Below, one piece after another: positions 62,857-64,000 of a stretch of 64,000 bases of DNA (within the stretch, counting starts at the first letter, position 1; each line of letters begins with the position of its first letter). The notes beneath the pieces were generated by a model, which searched no databases, was not told the origin of the DNA, and saw only the letters and a list, made by a program, of their open reading frames with translations. Source of the DNA: an uncultured Acidobacteriota bacterium (GTDB lineage Bacteria; Acidobacteriota; UBA6911). The translations under genes and the position numbers were made by a program. The stretch is taken from contig CAWEJX010000007.1 in assembly GCA_963809485.1 (NCBI GenBank), positions 224,001 through 288,000 of the forward strand, read 5' to 3'.

Positions 62857-64000
62857 ATGGCCATGATTGTCAATAGATCCCGGAGCGCGATACTTGTGAT
62901 TTTCGCCTCCCTGCTGATGACAGGCAGTTTCTCCCCGGCGGCTGTTCAGGACTCGAACCCCCAGCCGCTTTCGGAACAAGAGAGAAAGGAAGCGCTGGAG
63001 CGCCTGACAAAGCAGATACAAAAGACACAGGCAGAGTCGGGGCAATCGGAAACCGCGATGCCGAGGGTTCGCGCGACAAAGGCGGCCGTGCGCACCGTTG
63101 AGCCCAATCCTCAGGCCGCACCGAGTGCCGCCCAGGCCAAGCCTCAGACGCCAGCGCCCGCTCCCGTCCCTCCCGGAACTCCAAGCCCCGCTCCGTCCGC
63201 TGCGCCCAGCCCTGCTCCGCCTCCCACTCCTATCCCGAGCCCCGTTCCGCGTGATGGAGGCAGAGTTCAGCTGAGCTATGAGAACGCGGACCTCTACGAT
63301 TTCATCAATCAGATCGCCAGCACCCTGGGGCTTACTCCGATCGTGATCGATCCGGATGTGAAGGGGAGCGTTACCATTCAGAGTTCGGCGCCCATGTCCA
63401 AAGACGATGTGCTGCCGCTTTTCAACATGATCCTCAAGAACAACAATGCGGCGCTCGTCAAGGACGGCAACATCTATCAAATCGTGCCGATCTCTTCGGC
63501 GTTGAAGAAGGGCGTCGAATTCATCGAAGTGCTGCCTCCGCCGGCCCAGGGCGGAACCGATCAGGAAAAATCTTCCGGGAAAAAACCTGCCGCGTCTGCC
63601 CCGAAGGCCCCTGTGTCCGCTGCCAGAGCCCAGCAGGAAACGGATCTTTCCAAAGCCCCACGGCTGGCAACTCACGTGATACGGGTTGAGTTCGTTCCCG
63701 TAAAAGACCTGATCGAACCCATCAAGCTGTTCATGACCGAAGGCGGCGTCATCATGCCTTACGAGCGTCTGAACATGCTCATAATCACCGATTACACCGA
63801 CAGCGCCGACAGAGTGCTTCAGATCGTGCGAATGCTCGACGACAGTTACCTGGACCCCGATCTGGTCGAGATGATCAAGATAAAAAACTACGGCTCCGCC
63901 GACCTCTGCGAGGACCTGAAAAAGATCTTCGGCTCCGGGACCAAGGACTCTGCAACCGGCATTTCCTTCGTATCGTTGGACCGCCATAATGCGATTTTTG
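62857..64000 (+). CDS. gspD: Type II secretion secretin, N-terminal part (runs off window end)
   Basis: Manual translation: signal peptide, Pro-rich linker, N0 domain VQLSYENADLYDFINQI...IDPDVKGSVTI. Absent from the ORF track because there is no stop in the window. Confidence 0.85.
   Translation, partial: MAMIVNRSRSAILVIFASLLMTGSFSPAAVQDSNPQPLSEQERKEALERLTKQIQKTQAESGQSETAMPRVRATKAAVRTVEPNPQAAPSAAQAKPQTPAPAPVPPGTPSPAPSAAPSPAPPPTPIPSPVPRDGGRVQLSYENADLYDFINQIASTLGLTPIVIDPDVKGSVTIQSSAPMSKDDVLPLFNMILKNNNAALVKDGNIYQIVPISSALKKGVEFIEVLPPPAQGGTDQEKSSGKKPAASAPKAPVSAARAQQETDLSKAPRLATHVIRVEFVPVKDLIEPIKLFMTEGGVIMPYERLNMLIITDYTDSADRVLQIVRMLDDSYLDPDLVEMIKIKNYGSADLCEDLKKIFGSGTKDSATGISFVSLDRHNAIF

Noticed and set aside
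53104-64000. Type IV pilus cluster
   Set aside because: The GspG signature, GspK and the GspD N0 domain indicate T2SS, and no PilT is present.

Overview
A 64 kb GC-rich bacterial chromosomal segment. Acidobacteriota is inferred from the acidobacterial-type VWA protein, coiled-coil protein and Hfq paralogue. Most of it is housekeeping: ilvE, malQ, nrdJ with tandem NrdR boxes, aroA, uvrB, lepA, gmhA, secA and guaB. An ECF sigma/anti-sigma pair leads into a type II secretion cluster (gspE-F-G-H-I-J-K-L-M-C-like-D, with gspD running off the window). The most notable accessory feature is a compact ~3.9 kb mobile element after lepA (33809-37731). It encodes a Cys-rich Zn-finger protein missed by the ORF track, a CHC2-TOPRIM primase and two catalytically intact tyrosine recombinases. 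It is bounded by inverted repeats and a 6-bp direct repeat (AGGTAA), and its leader holds a two-hairpin structured RNA candidate on the opposite strand. Intergenic DNA contains nested non-autonomous elements: two 300-bp TIR/TSD MITEs carrying GTAG-type REP palindromes, three IS200/IS605-end MITEs carrying an ACGCTGAC palindrome, and a 7 x 117-bp hairpin array of the same motif. Also seen are a candidate ECF-sigma-dependent sRNA (~22641-22723), a terminator inside the csp leader, a frameshifted radical SAM gene, an internally deleted sugar-isomerase-like pseudogene, and a kinase-remnant N-terminus on a MalT/BTAD regulator. All calls come from manual reading; no database searches were run.
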